DNA of 64,000 nucleotides from Ruthenibacterium sp. (GTDB lineage: Bacteria > Bacillota > Clostridia > Oscillospirales > Ruminococcaceae). The position numbers and the translations under genes were made by a program. The notes under the pieces were generated by a model. It made no database searches and had not been told where the DNA came from. It saw only the letters and a list, made by a program, of their open reading frames with translations. Positions within the stretch are counted from its first letter, which is position 1. Each line of letters opens with the position of its first letter. Positions 9,673 to 19,729 of this stretch are shown here, one piece after another. The DNA is taken from positions 123,693 to 187,692 of the forward strand of contig JBKYIE010000003.1 in the NCBI GenBank assembly GCA_047030735.1, in the 5' to 3' direction.

Positions 9673-9856
9673 ATGGGCACCCTCCTTTTTGAAAAGCATT
9701 TTCCTGCGCGGGCAGGCCGCGCTGTCTTATGATACCATTCGGGGGCAGTGTATGGCAAGCACGCCCCCGCAGGCATAAAAAAGCGGGCCGCGGAAATTCC
9801 TTCCGCGGCCCGCCGTGCGGTGCCGTTCTGCTGCGGCGCGCCTTCAGCACGGCGCG

Positions 9857-10300
9857 TCACTCAATTGCGATATAGGTTTTTTCCGGCAGGGCCTTCTGCT
9901 CGGCCTTCGGGATGCTCAGGCGCAGAATGCCGTCCTCAAACTTGGCGTGTACATCGGCGTCGGTGATGCCTTCGCCCACATAGAACGAACGGCTGCACTG
10001 GCCGGCCCAGCGCTCGCGGCGCACATAGCGGCCGTTTTTGTCGTCCTCGTCCTTATCCAGCCCCTTGGCGGCTGTCACCGTCAGATAACCGTTTTCCACG
10101 CTGGCTGTGATCTGGTCTTTTTTGAAGCCGGGCAAATCAATATCAAGCTCGTAGGTGCTGCCCGTCTCGCGCACATCGGTGCGCATCACGGCAGCGGCGT
10201 GTTTGCCGTAAAGCTCATGGTCTGCCTGGCGCTCAAACATGCGGAAGGGCTCGGAAAAGAAACTATCGAACAGATTTTCACCAAAAATGCTAGGCAACAT
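9857..10300 (-). CDS. Hsp20/alpha-crystallin small heat shock protein
   Basis: MRTDVRE, IDLPGFKKD, RRER..G..SRSF, AKFEDGILRLSIPK. Confidence 0.95.
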   Translation of the reverse strand: MLPSIFGENLFDSFFSEPFRMFERQADHELYGKHAAAVMRTDVRETGSTYELDIDLPGFKKDQITASVENGYLTVTAAKGLDKDEDDKNGRYVRRERWAGQCSRSFYVGEGITDADVHAKFEDGILRLSIPKAEQKALPEKTYIAIE

Positions 10301-10394
10301 ACTTCATTCCTCCATTCTGTGCACCGCATGCGCGGCACACTGTGAAAATTGCCATTCGTGATTGGTTTTATTCACTTCTTTCGAAGCTGATTTT

Positions 10395-10436
10395 AGTATA
10401 TCATAAATTTTAGCACTGTCAATATTAGAGTGCTAA
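10395..10436 (-). promoter_or_regulatory. hsp20 promoter overlapped by a CIRCE (HrcA operator)
   Basis: Minus strand TTAGCACTC-N9-CAGTGCTAA (10410-10436, one mismatch to consensus); TTGACA 10417-10422, TG-N-TATACT 10395-10403. Confidence 0.9.
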
Positions 10437-10538
10437 AATTCACAAATAGTTCATAAATAATGGCTTAAAATCAAGAAAAAAGCAAAATGACAGGCTTTTT
10501 ATGGCGGAAATGAAATTTTTAGCAATCGGTGCAATATT

Positions 10539-10880
10539 TCAGAAATTGGCCCCGTTCCAGCCCCACAGCGGCGTCTCGGCATATTTGACATAAATGCGGT
10601 TTTCGGCAATGCCCAGCGCACCTGCCAGAATGTCGCAAATGCGCGCGGTAAGCGAGTCTGCCGCATCGTCTGCCACGCTGCCGTATGCGCTTACCTCCAC
10701 CATGGCGGCGGCGTCATCGCTTCCGGCAAACCACAGGCGTGCCTCCGGCTCGAAATTCACCATCAGCCATGCCTCGCTTTTGCCCGGCAGCGCCTCAATG
10801 GCCTGGCCAAGCTGGCGCTTCATGGCCTGCTCGGCAGTGTCGGAGACAGCGGTATTCGTTTTTACATTGATAAAGGGCAT
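10539..10880 (-). CDS. MIF-family (phenylpyruvate tautomerase-like) protein
   Basis: MPFINVKTN with catalytic-type Pro after Met, PGKSEAWLMV, RIYVKY, WGWNG.NF; RBS GGAGG. Confidence 0.88.
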   Translation of the reverse strand: MPFINVKTNTAVSDTAEQAMKRQLGQAIEALPGKSEAWLMVNFEPEARLWFAGSDDAAAMVEVSAYGSVADDAADSLTARICDILAGALGIAENRIYVKYAETPLWGWNGANF

Positions 10881-11323
10881 AAAAACCTCCTGAGTATCCG
10901 GCATGCGGCCGCAGCGCCGCTGCAAAAGCAGGGGCCGGGCGGCAGGCCTGTTTTTTCGAGGGGCACAGGCCGCCTCACCCTTATCATAACGCCTGCCTTT
11001 GTGCTGCGCAAGCCGCGCTTTTTGCCGCGGGCGGGCCGTGTATTGCTTACAAGGGCGATACATATATGAAAAAGCTGTAAATTTAGCGCACAGGGTTGAA
11101 AAAAGGCGAATTTGGTGATAGCATTATTATAGCTATAACTATGAGTATAATTGCCGGGCGCGCGGCGCCGGGCGGGGCAGCTTTCTCTTTTTCTTAATAT
11201 AATTAGGAGGAAAGGGAACGGCTGCAGCGTCCGCCGGGGCGCCTTCCCTGCTGCCCGGCCCGCACACGATTACTACTGTGAGTAAACATCAACCTGCCGT
11301 ATCCGCGGCGCGAAGGAGACAAT

Positions 11324-12967
11324 ATGCCGAAAAAGAAAAAGGCCCCCCAGCACGCGAAAAAGAGCAGGCTGCGCCAGCGCCTTGAAAAGCAGTTCACAAA
11401 AGAAAACGACGCCGCCCGGCTGCAGGCGGGCGAAGCCATAGGCCGGGCGGGCGCCCCTGAGGCGCTTGACACCATGTCGTTCGATGTGCCCGAAGAGGCC
11501 GGCGGGCGTGCGGAGGGCTATGAAACGCCCTCTTTCGCAAGCGGCGGCACAATGGATTTTGATGTGCCGGAGGACGCGGGCGCTTATGGCGCGCAGGGCG
11601 GCTATGACGGCGAACCGTATGAGGCGCCGTATTCTGCAGGCAGCGACACAATGGACTTTGACGTGCCGGAGGAGGCGCGCGCACGCGGGCCGCAGTACGG
11701 CTACGGGGATGAACCGTATGAGGCGCCGTATTCTGCAGGCGGCGGCACAATGGATTTTGATGTGCCGGAGGACGCGGGCGCTTATGGCGCGCAGGGCGGC
11801 TATGACGGCGAACCGTATGAGGCGCCGTATTCTGCAGGCAGCGACACAATGGACTTTGACGTGCCGGAGGAGGCGCGTGCGCGTGGGCCGCAGTACGGCT
11901 ACGAGGATGAACCGTATGAGGCGCCGGATTCTGCAAGCGATGACACAATGGACTTTGACGTGCCGGAGGAGGCGCGTGCGCGCGGGCCGCAGTACAGCTA
12001 TGAGGATGAGCCGTATGAGGCGCCCTATGCCGGTGAGGACGGCGCCATGGGCTTTGATGCGCCGGGCGGCACAGGCGGGTATGGCGGCGGGGGCTCCGGC
12101 CGGCCGCCGCGCGGCGGCCGCCATGGCAGAGAGGGCTTTTTCCGCAAATACCTTTCCGGGCACGGGCTGGCGGCTGCACTCAGTGCGGCAGGCGTAGTGC
12201 TTGTGGGCACGCTGGGCATTGTGGCTGCGTTCAAGTTTGGCCTGTTGGGCACAGGCGGCCTGCCCTCGTCCGGGCCGGATGCATCCGGCAGCGCCGGCAC
12301 GGCACCGGCCGTGCCGGAGTCTTCCCCGGCTGCGTCCTCTTCCGGCGTGCCGGGCAGCACGCCGGAAGGCGCCTCGCAAAGCAGCTCTGCCGGGGCCACG
12401 GCTACCCCAAAGCCGTCCGCTACACCCAAGGCGACGGCCACCCCGAAAAAGACGGCGTCGCCGAAGCCCACAGCTACGCCGAAGAAGACGGCCACGCCGC
12501 AGCCTACGCCCACACCGCAAAAGACAAGCGCGCCGCCTGCCCATACCCATAGCTGGGTGAAGCAGAGCGAGACGGCGGCCACCTGCACGGCTGGGGGCAC
12601 CGTTACATATAAATGCAGCTGTGGTGAGACGAAAAAAGAAAACACCGCCGCGCTGGGCCACAACTGGCAGCAGACGGGGCATACGGACGCAACCTGTGAC
12701 ACAGGCGGCACCACTACTTATAAGTGCACGCGCTGCGGCGAGACAAAGCAGGATTCCACAAACGCGCAGGGGCACAATTATGTGGAACAGGCCCGCACCG
12801 GCTTCCCCTGCACGGGCTATAAGGTGACGAAGGCTTGTACGCGCTGCGGCGACGTGGTTACAACAGATGAGCCCGCCACACAGGGGCACGACAGAAACGG
12901 CGACATGAAGACGGAAAATGGAAAGACCTTGTATCAGTGCTCCATGTGCGGCGGCTGGTTCGAGTAA
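11324..12967 (+). CDS. Single-pass membrane protein: acidic tandem repeats, TM helix, S/T/P linker, His/Cys-rich repeats
   Basis: Direct translation; RBS AAGGAG; H.W...ATC..GG...YKC..CGE repeats. Confidence 0.8.
   Translation: MPKKKKAPQHAKKSRLRQRLEKQFTKENDAARLQAGEAIGRAGAPEALDTMSFDVPEEAGGRAEGYETPSFASGGTMDFDVPEDAGAYGAQGGYDGEPYEAPYSAGSDTMDFDVPEEARARGPQYGYGDEPYEAPYSAGGGTMDFDVPEDAGAYGAQGGYDGEPYEAPYSAGSDTMDFDVPEEARARGPQYGYEDEPYEAPDSASDDTMDFDVPEEARARGPQYSYEDEPYEAPYAGEDGAMGFDAPGGTGGYGGGGSGRPPRGGRHGREGFFRKYLSGHGLAAALSAAGVVLVGTLGIVAAFKFGLLGTGGLPSSGPDASGSAGTAPAVPESSPAASSSGVPGSTPEGASQSSSAGATATPKPSATPKATATPKKTASPKPTATPKKTATPQPTPTPQKTSAPPAHTHSWVKQSETAATCTAGGTVTYKCSCGETKKENTAALGHNWQQTGHTDATCDTGGTTTYKCTRCGETKQDSTNAQGHNYVEQARTGFPCTGYKVTKACTRCGDVVTTDEPATQGHDRNGDMKTENGKTLYQCSMCGGWFE
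11549..12043 (+). repeat. Five 99-bp intragenic tandem repeats (A-B-A-B-B)
   Basis: ACAATGGA(T/C)TTTGA starts at 11549, 11648, 11747, 11846, 11945. Confidence 0.92.
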
Positions 12968-13004
12968 GGCGCGCCCCTGGCGGAAAAAAGGAGGAGACAG
13001 AACA

Positions 13005-16000
13005 GTGAAAAGGCTGATTCGAAAGGGAATGGCCCTGTGGCTGGCCCTGGCGCTGGCGGCATCCATGCTGCCGGCGGGCTTCGCCGCGGGCGAAGGCTCG
13101 TCCTCCTCAGATGCGGGCTCTGCCCAAAGCGCAGAAAAGGCGGACGATACGAACCTTCCCTATGAATATGAGCTGGATGAGGACGGCAACGCCACGCTGA
13201 CGAAATACACCGGCAGCGAGGCGGAGGTGGTGACGCCCAAAACCATCGACGGCCACCCCGTCACGCGCCTGGAGGGCACCTTCCGCCAGCCGGAGGCTGA
13301 AAAGAAGGACGAGGCCGGAAAAGCGGACGGTGCTTCTTCATCCGCCTCCTCTGAAATGGAAGAGGCAGATAAAGCGCAGGCCGCGCAGCCGGGCGAAGAG
13401 GAAGAGGGCGGCATCCGCAGCATCACCGTATCGGAAGGCGTCGATTATATCGACGGCTACACCTTTGCAAACCTTGCCACGCTGGAGGAGGTTTCTCTTC
13501 CCTCTACCCTGAAGCAGGTGAACGGCTATACCTTTGAGGGGCTGAAGGGCCTGAAGGAGGTTACGCTTTCCGAGGGGCTTGAAACCATCCAGACAGAGGC
13601 ATTTAAGGATACCGGCATAGAAACGATTGTTCTGCCCGAAACCCTGCAGACAATAGGGGCGAAGGCATTTCAAAGCGAGGCGCTGAAAGAGATTACGGTG
13701 CCGGAAAGCGTCACCCGCATCGGCGGCCAGGCGTTCCGCACCGATACGGAGCTGACAATTTACACCACCATGAATTCCACGGCTGCGGTGTATGCGCAGT
13801 TAAATCAGATTGACGTTGTGTACACCGACTATGTAGCCGTGCAGGAGGTAACGCTGGATAAGGCGGAGCTGACGTTGGTGGAGGGCGAGACCGGCATGCT
13901 GAAAGCCGGCGTGCTGCCGGAGGATGCCACCGAGAAAACCGTGGCGTGGGAGTCTTCCGACCCTGCAGTGGCGTCTGTGGATGAAAACGGCACCATCACG
14001 GCGGTGAAGGAGGGCCAGGCTGTCATCACTGCCAAAGCGGGCGGGGCCAGCGCACAGTGCACTGTGACGGTGAACCCCATTGACGACAGCGTAACCGTGG
14101 GCTGGACGCAGGACGGCCTGCACTATGTGCGCGCCGACGGCAGCTATATGAAGGGCCTTGCCGAGATAGACGGCCAATATTATATCTTCAGCGAGGACGA
14201 CGGCACCCTGCAGAAGGGGGAAAGCGTGCCTTACGGCGGCTACACCTACGGCACAGATGAAAAGGGCGTGCTGATTGCCGTGACGGTGCCGGAAGGAACT
14301 GCAGAGCTGCCCCGCGGTGAATTTACCATTGCATCCCTGAAAACCTTTACCATCCCTGCCAGCGTCACCTATATGGGGGCGGGCTGTATTCCGGCTGCGG
14401 CAGATGTGACGGTGCGCGCGCCGTACGGCTCAACCGCGCATGTATACGCGCAGTTGAATGAGCTGAATTTTTCCTATACGGATACGATAACCGTCGCGCT
14501 GGATAAAACAGAGCTGGTGCTGGTAAAGGGCCGCGAAAAAACGCTGACAGCCTCTGTTTCGCCTGCGTTTGCGCAGGAGCTTGAACAGGTGTGGTCCAGC
14601 TCGAACGAAGCGGCGGCCACCGTGGAAAACGGCGTGGTGAAGGGCCTGGAGCTGGGCGAGGCGGACATCACGCTGGAGGTGGGCGGCGTAAAGGCCGTGT
14701 GCCATGTGACGGTGAAAGACAAGGTGTGCGACGCCCACTGGGAGGGCGAACAGTATATTCAGGAGGACGGCGAGCCCGCCAGGGGCATTGTGGAGATAGA
14801 GGGCAAGAGCTATCTGTTCCGCGAAGAGGACGGCGCCGTGCAGAAAAACGCGCAAAATTTCGCATACGGCGATTATGAATACAGCACAAATGAGGCGGGC
14901 GTTATCGTGGGCGTGCGCGTGCCGGAGGCAGTTACCTCTGTGCCTGCGCAGCAGTTCTTCGGGCTTAAGCAGCTTGAAAAAGCCGAGGTGGGCGCACATG
15001 TCACATATCTTGGCAAGGATTTTATTGACGCGTCTGCCGGCACGGTCATCTATACCTCCCGCGGCAGCCTGGCGGCGGCCTATGCCCAGGTGAGAAATAT
15101 CCCCGTGCGCTACGACGACGGCGATGTGGCGCTGGAGGGCATCACCCTCTCCGAGACGCAGCTTCTTCTGCGCCCACAGCAGACGGCCTCCCTGCTGGTA
15201 ACCTATGAGCCGTGGGACGCCACAGACCGCGCCGTTACCTGGAGCTCCTCCGACAGCAAGGTGGCCGCAGTGGACGAAAACGGCCTTGTGACAGCGGTGG
15301 CCAATGGGACGGCCGTTATCACCGCAGAGGCGGGCGGCAAAACCGCAAGCTGCACCGTGGATGTGGCAGACCGCAACGTCTGGGTGGAAAAGGGCGGCCA
15401 CACCTATTACATAGGCGAGGACGGCCAGTTCGTCACCGGTTATCAGGAAATTGAAGGCTCTCTTTATATCTTTGACGAAGAGGGGCGCCTGCAGAAGGGC
15501 GCCATCACTTACGAGGGCCAGCGCTTCTTTGCGGGCGAGGACGGCGCGCTGTATGTGCAGGCCTTTGCCGAAGGCGAGGAGGGCGCCACCTATTACGGTG
15601 AAGACGGCGCCGCGGTGATAGGCTGGTTTGAAACGGCGCAGGATGACGGAAACCACCCTGCGGGCCGCTATTATCAGGACGAACAGACCTACCTTCTGGC
15701 CGTGGGCCTTGTGCCGCTGGGCGACACAGTGTACTATTTTGACGCCTCCGGCCGCCTGCACATGCAGGCAGGCTATGTGACGGTGGACGGCCAGCAGTTC
15801 TATATCACGGAGGACGGCGTCTATTCCCCGCCGCCCGTCATTACGGACGTCACCGTCAGCTACAACAGTAAAACGGGTGAGAACACCGTGAAGGTGGCAG
15901 CCACCTTCGGCGCCGCGGGCGCGGCTGAAAAGGCATACAGCTTTGACGGCGGCAAAACGTGGCAAAGCGCCGCCAGCTATACCTTCAAGGTCACAAAGGA

Positions 16001-17582
16001 CACAACGCTGGCGAAGGACTCCGTGCAGGTGCGCGATGCCGCGCAGCCCGCGCAGGTGGAAAAGTACGGCTACGCCCTTGCGCTGAAGGGGCCCGTCACC
16101 GGGCCGCTGAAGGGCATTGACGTGTCTTCGCACCAGGGCACCATCGACTGGCAGGCCGTGGCAGACTCCGGCGTGCAGTTCGCCATCGTGCGCGCCATGT
16201 GCTGGAGCAACGCGGCGGGCGGCTATGCCATGGACTCCAAATTCGTCGAAAATGTGAAGGGCGCCAAGGCGGCCGGCCTGATGGTGGGCGCCTACTGGTA
16301 CAGCGACGCCTTCAACGGCAGCGAGGCGCGCGAGGAGGTAAGCTTTATTGCTAATTCCAGCGAGTGGAAGGCGCTGAAGGCCGCGGGCATCACGTTGGAC
16401 CTGCCCTTCTACATCGACTATGAGGACCCGTGGATATTGAAGAATAACCACTCTACCTATGACAGCCGCACCGACGCCGTGCGCTCGGGCATGGTGGCGG
16501 TAGAGCAGACGCTGGGCACGGCCACAGGCTTCTATGCCAGCGAGGACTGGATGAAGCACAAGTTTGACGGCGCGGGCCTGATGAACGAGGGCTACAACGC
16601 CTGGGTGGCGCACTGGGGCTCCTCTCAGGGCATGGGCAACGTGCAGATGTGGCAGTATTCGAACGCAGGCAGCGTGCCCGGCATCAGCGGCAATGTAGAT
16701 TTGAACTGGCTGTACCTGAACGGGGCCGGGGGCAGCGGCTCCAGCGACGGCACCGGCTCCAGCAGCGGCAATATCACCGTGTGGGATGTCAATTCAGGCA
16801 AGAGCGTCACGGCCAACACCACCGAGATATTGAAAAAAATTGTGGCAAACGAGGTGGGCGGCTTTACAAACGCCCAGCTCAGTGTGGGCGACAGGCGCAG
16901 CCTGTATCAGGCGCAGGCCATTGCCGCGCACTCCTGGCTTATCTATCAGATACGCCACGGGGTATCCACGCCCAGCGTGGGGCTGGCCGGCAGTTACAGC
17001 AGCGAGATATCCACCGCCGTGGAAAGCGTGAAGGACGTGCTGGTGAAATATAACGGCGATGTGGCCAACACGGCTTATGGAAGCTGCGCTGCGGCCAAAA
17101 CGAACTCAGCCGCCAACATGGGCTGGGGCAGCTACGCCTATCTTGTCAGCGTGGAAAGCGCGTTTGAGCAGAAATTTGCCCCTGCCCAATATTACCCCAA
17201 GGCCACCACCATCAAGCAGGAGACAATGCGCAGCAACGTCATAAAAATGGTGGGCGAAAGCGTGTTCAAGGCGTATGAATCGAAGCCGGAAAGCTGGATT
17301 ACCGAAATCCACAAAGATGCAAATGGCTATGTGGATTACGCCGTGGTGTGCGGCCAGCGCATCACGGGCGGCAAGTTCTACGAAAACTGCTGGGGCATGT
17401 ACGGCGCCAACCTCGTAAGCTGGAGCTATAACAGCTCGGCCAAATCGTGGGTTATTACCACCAACGGCAACGGCCACGGCGTGGGCATGAGCCAGTACGG
17501 CGCGGCAGGCTATATCGCGCAGTATGGCTGGAATTATACGCAGGTGCTTCAGCACTACTTCCCCGGCACCAGCGTTGTGTAA
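13005..17582 (+). CDS. Secreted multidomain cell-wall hydrolase: BspA-type LRR, Ig-like (Big_2), aromatic cell-wall-binding-like repeats, GH25 muramidase, SpoIID/LytB domain
   Basis: GTG after GGAGGA; signal peptide; LPETLQTIGAKAF; WESSDPAVASVD; GIDVSSHQG..IDYED..MWQYS; VANEVG..AQAIAAHS..GNGHGVGMSQYGA. Confidence 0.85.
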   Translation: MKRLIRKGMALWLALALAASMLPAGFAAGEGSSSSDAGSAQSAEKADDTNLPYEYELDEDGNATLTKYTGSEAEVVTPKTIDGHPVTRLEGTFRQPEAEKKDEAGKADGASSSASSEMEEADKAQAAQPGEEEEGGIRSITVSEGVDYIDGYTFANLATLEEVSLPSTLKQVNGYTFEGLKGLKEVTLSEGLETIQTEAFKDTGIETIVLPETLQTIGAKAFQSEALKEITVPESVTRIGGQAFRTDTELTIYTTMNSTAAVYAQLNQIDVVYTDYVAVQEVTLDKAELTLVEGETGMLKAGVLPEDATEKTVAWESSDPAVASVDENGTITAVKEGQAVITAKAGGASAQCTVTVNPIDDSVTVGWTQDGLHYVRADGSYMKGLAEIDGQYYIFSEDDGTLQKGESVPYGGYTYGTDEKGVLIAVTVPEGTAELPRGEFTIASLKTFTIPASVTYMGAGCIPAAADVTVRAPYGSTAHVYAQLNELNFSYTDTITVALDKTELVLVKGREKTLTASVSPAFAQELEQVWSSSNEAAATVENGVVKGLELGEADITLEVGGVKAVCHVTVKDKVCDAHWEGEQYIQEDGEPARGIVEIEGKSYLFREEDGAVQKNAQNFAYGDYEYSTNEAGVIVGVRVPEAVTSVPAQQFFGLKQLEKAEVGAHVTYLGKDFIDASAGTVIYTSRGSLAAAYAQVRNIPVRYDDGDVALEGITLSETQLLLRPQQTASLLVTYEPWDATDRAVTWSSSDSKVAAVDENGLVTAVANGTAVITAEAGGKTASCTVDVADRNVWVEKGGHTYYIGEDGQFVTGYQEIEGSLYIFDEEGRLQKGAITYEGQRFFAGEDGALYVQAFAEGEEGATYYGEDGAAVIGWFETAQDDGNHPAGRYYQDEQTYLLAVGLVPLGDTVYYFDASGRLHMQAGYVTVDGQQFYITEDGVYSPPPVITDVTVSYNSKTGENTVKVAATFGAAGAAEKAYSFDGGKTWQSAASYTFKVTKDTTLAKDSVQVRDAAQPAQVEKYGYALALKGPVTGPLKGIDVSSHQGTIDWQAVADSGVQFAIVRAMCWSNAAGGYAMDSKFVENVKGAKAAGLMVGAYWYSDAFNGSEAREEVSFIANSSEWKALKAAGITLDLPFYIDYEDPWILKNNHSTYDSRTDAVRSGMVAVEQTLGTATGFYASEDWMKHKFDGAGLMNEGYNAWVAHWGSSQGMGNVQMWQYSNAGSVPGISGNVDLNWLYLNGAGGSGSSDGTGSSSGNITVWDVNSGKSVTANTTEILKKIVANEVGGFTNAQLSVGDRRSLYQAQAIAAHSWLIYQIRHGVSTPSVGLAGSYSSEISTAVESVKDVLVKYNGDVANTAYGSCAAAKTNSAANMGWGSYAYLVSVESAFEQKFAPAQYYPKATTIKQETMRSNVIKMVGESVFKAYESKPESWITEIHKDANGYVDYAVVCGQRITGGKFYENCWGMYGANLVSWSYNSSAKSWVITTNGNGHGVGMSQYGAAGYIAQYGWNYTQVLQHYFPGTSVV

Positions 17583-17659
17583 GGCTGCGGCCCAAATTTT
17601 TCTGAAAAGCAGGCGCTCCCTGCCGCCTCTGTGCGCGGCAGGGGGCGCTGTTCTGCTGC

Positions 17660-17957
17660 AAGCGAAAATCACCGGCAGAACGGGCGGCGTAAAAACGCTT
17701 TCGCTGTGCCCGGAGGTTTTTCCGGGCACGGCGGGAAATGCCGCGAAACCGGCAGAGCACAGGCAGAGAGATACCGCAGGGCGAAAAAAGCGCCCCGGCT
17801 TTTCCCGGCAGCGGGCTGCCGCATGCCATAAAAACAGAAAAAGCAGCGTTTAATTTTGCGCTGGATGAAAATGCGGAGCGGTGAAAGCCATTGTAAATAC
17901 CGGCCGTTTGCACATTAAGCAGGCAACCACGCAGGCCTCCGGCTTTGCCGGGGCCTG
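17660..17957 (+). mobile_element. Degenerate IS200-derived miniature element
   Basis: Left-end-like AAAAACGCTTTCGCTGTG and right-end hairpin CCTCCGGCTTTGCCGGGG; interior not alignable by eye. Confidence 0.4.
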
Positions 17958-18370
17958 CGTAAGCCCCGGAAGGGAACATTACCGGCAGGCCTTCTCAAGA
18001 GGCGCTGAATACTCTGTCCTTTGCATCACCTGCCCCGCCTCCCGTAAAGGGGGTTCTTCCCGCTGCGTGCTGCAGCTTTTGGGTGTTGAATACCATCCCG
18101 CTTCGCCCGAAATTGACAGCGAAAGCCTTTTTACTTTCCCCGGTACGGCCGGGGGCCTGCGTAAGCCCCGGAAGGGCACATTACCGGCAGGCCTCTCAGG
18201 AGGCGCTGAATACTCTGTCCTTTGCATCACCTGCCCCGCCTCCCGTAAAGGGGGTTCTTCCCGCTGCGCGCTGCAGCTTTTGGGCGTTGAATACCATCCC
18301 GCTTCGCCCGAAATTGACAGCGAAAGCCCTTTTACTCTCCCCGGCACAGTCGGGGGCGTTTCGCTAAAGC
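17950..18370 (-). mobile_element. Tandem dimer (period about 202 bp) of the IS200-derived miniature element, copies B1 and B2
   Basis: GGGCCTGCGTAAGCCCCGGAAGGG at 17951 and 18153; units nearly identical. Confidence 0.8.
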
Positions 18371-18829
18371 CCCAAAAACAATGCACAGGCTTCGTGCTCT
18401 TGTTCCTCAATGGCGCGGTGTGCCTTATGGCAAAATAGAACGCGATACAGGCAGATGGGATAGAAGAAAACGCCGTTATTCCGCATTAGGCGGGGCGATG
18501 GCTGTAAAATGATATGAAGGGCTATAATGTCAGCCTGATATCCATGGACAGAGGCAGCATCGGGCTTCCGCTTCGCGGCAGCGCCTCCGGCTGTGTTGCT
18601 TCCGGCGGGCAGGCTGTACCGCTTGCCCTGCCGCAGCCCGGCCACGGGCTGAAAGCCGCAAGAGGCACAGCCGGCGCGGGCCCGGTACAGGGCGCCGGGG
18701 CCGCAGGGCGGCGGCTGGCTGCCGCCGGTCGGGCCCGAGGCTGCAGCCGGCACATGCATGGGCGCCGCTTTGCGGCAATGCTGCCCCTGTCCATTGCTGC
18801 TGATAAAATTTTATATGGCAGGTGATTCT

Positions 18830-19447
18830 GTGAAAATTCTTTATGGAACTACGAATAAAGCGAAGCTGCAAGCGATGCGCCATGCCGTAGAGGCCCTTGG
18901 CATCAGCCTGATTGGCTTGAACGAGATAAAGGGTGAAATTCCAAAGGTTAACGAATGCGGCAAAACAATGCTGGAAAATGCCGAAATCAAAGCAAAGGCA
19001 TACTATGAAGCATTTCAAATGCCTGTGTTTTCCTGTGACAGCGGCCTTTACTTTGATGAAGTGAAAGAGGAAGAACAGCCGGGCCTTTATGTGAGAAGGG
19101 TAAATGGCAGGGAGCTGTCGGATGATGAAATGCTTGCATACTATTCGTCCCTGGCCGGGCGCTATGGCGGAAGGATAACCGGCCAATACCGAAATGCCAT
19201 ATATTTCATGCTGGACGAAAACCACTGCTATTCAAGTATGGATCAATCCATTGCTACCGAACCGTTTATACTGTCAGCCGTTCCACATCCTAAAAGGGTA
19301 GCCGGGTTTCCGCTTGACTCGTTATCCATTGATATTGCAAGCGGCCGGTATTATTATGATCTCGCTTTCAAAGACGTCAGCTCTTCTGTGGATAATGGCG
19401 TAAAAGCTTTTTTTGCAGAGGCATTATCGAAAATTGACAAAAGGTGA
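18830..19447 (+). CDS. HAM1/ITPase-like non-canonical purine NTP pyrophosphatase family protein
   Basis: ILYGTTNKAK, E.GKTMLENAEIKAKAY, CDSGL, PGLYVRR; GTG start after AGGTG (ATG 18815 is an alternative). Confidence 0.82.
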   Translation: MKILYGTTNKAKLQAMRHAVEALGISLIGLNEIKGEIPKVNECGKTMLENAEIKAKAYYEAFQMPVFSCDSGLYFDEVKEEEQPGLYVRRVNGRELSDDEMLAYYSSLAGRYGGRITGQYRNAIYFMLDENHCYSSMDQSIATEPFILSAVPHPKRVAGFPLDSLSIDIASGRYYYDLAFKDVSSSVDNGVKAFFAEALSKIDKR

Positions 19448-19729
19448 TTTTTTCGGAGAGAGGCCCTTTCCCATGGCTGCCGCGGCCCAGGGGCGCCGGA
19501 ATGCGCAGGGTGTATAAAGATTCCATTAAGTGTATAAAATGTCGCGTATACAGCTTTTTGTGCTGATTTTATGCAGTGAAACTTGTGAAAAGTAACAAAA
19601 ATGCCCGTCTGTCACGGGCATTTTGCCATTTTGCCTTCCCATTCCGGGCGGTGTGTGGTATGATACCTAACACCAATCGCGGTGCAGCGCTTTTGCCGCG
19701 CCGGGAAAAGTAAGGAGCGAAGCTTTGTT

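Noticed and set aside
11549..12043. Possible CRISPR array
   Set aside because: Units are in-frame 99-bp coding repeats without unique spacers, and there are no cas genes in the window
17881..18438. ORFs 17881-18438 (+) and 17979-18410 (-) with internal repeats
   Set aside because: They are translations of the tandem non-coding element; similar peptides appear in different frames at other copies
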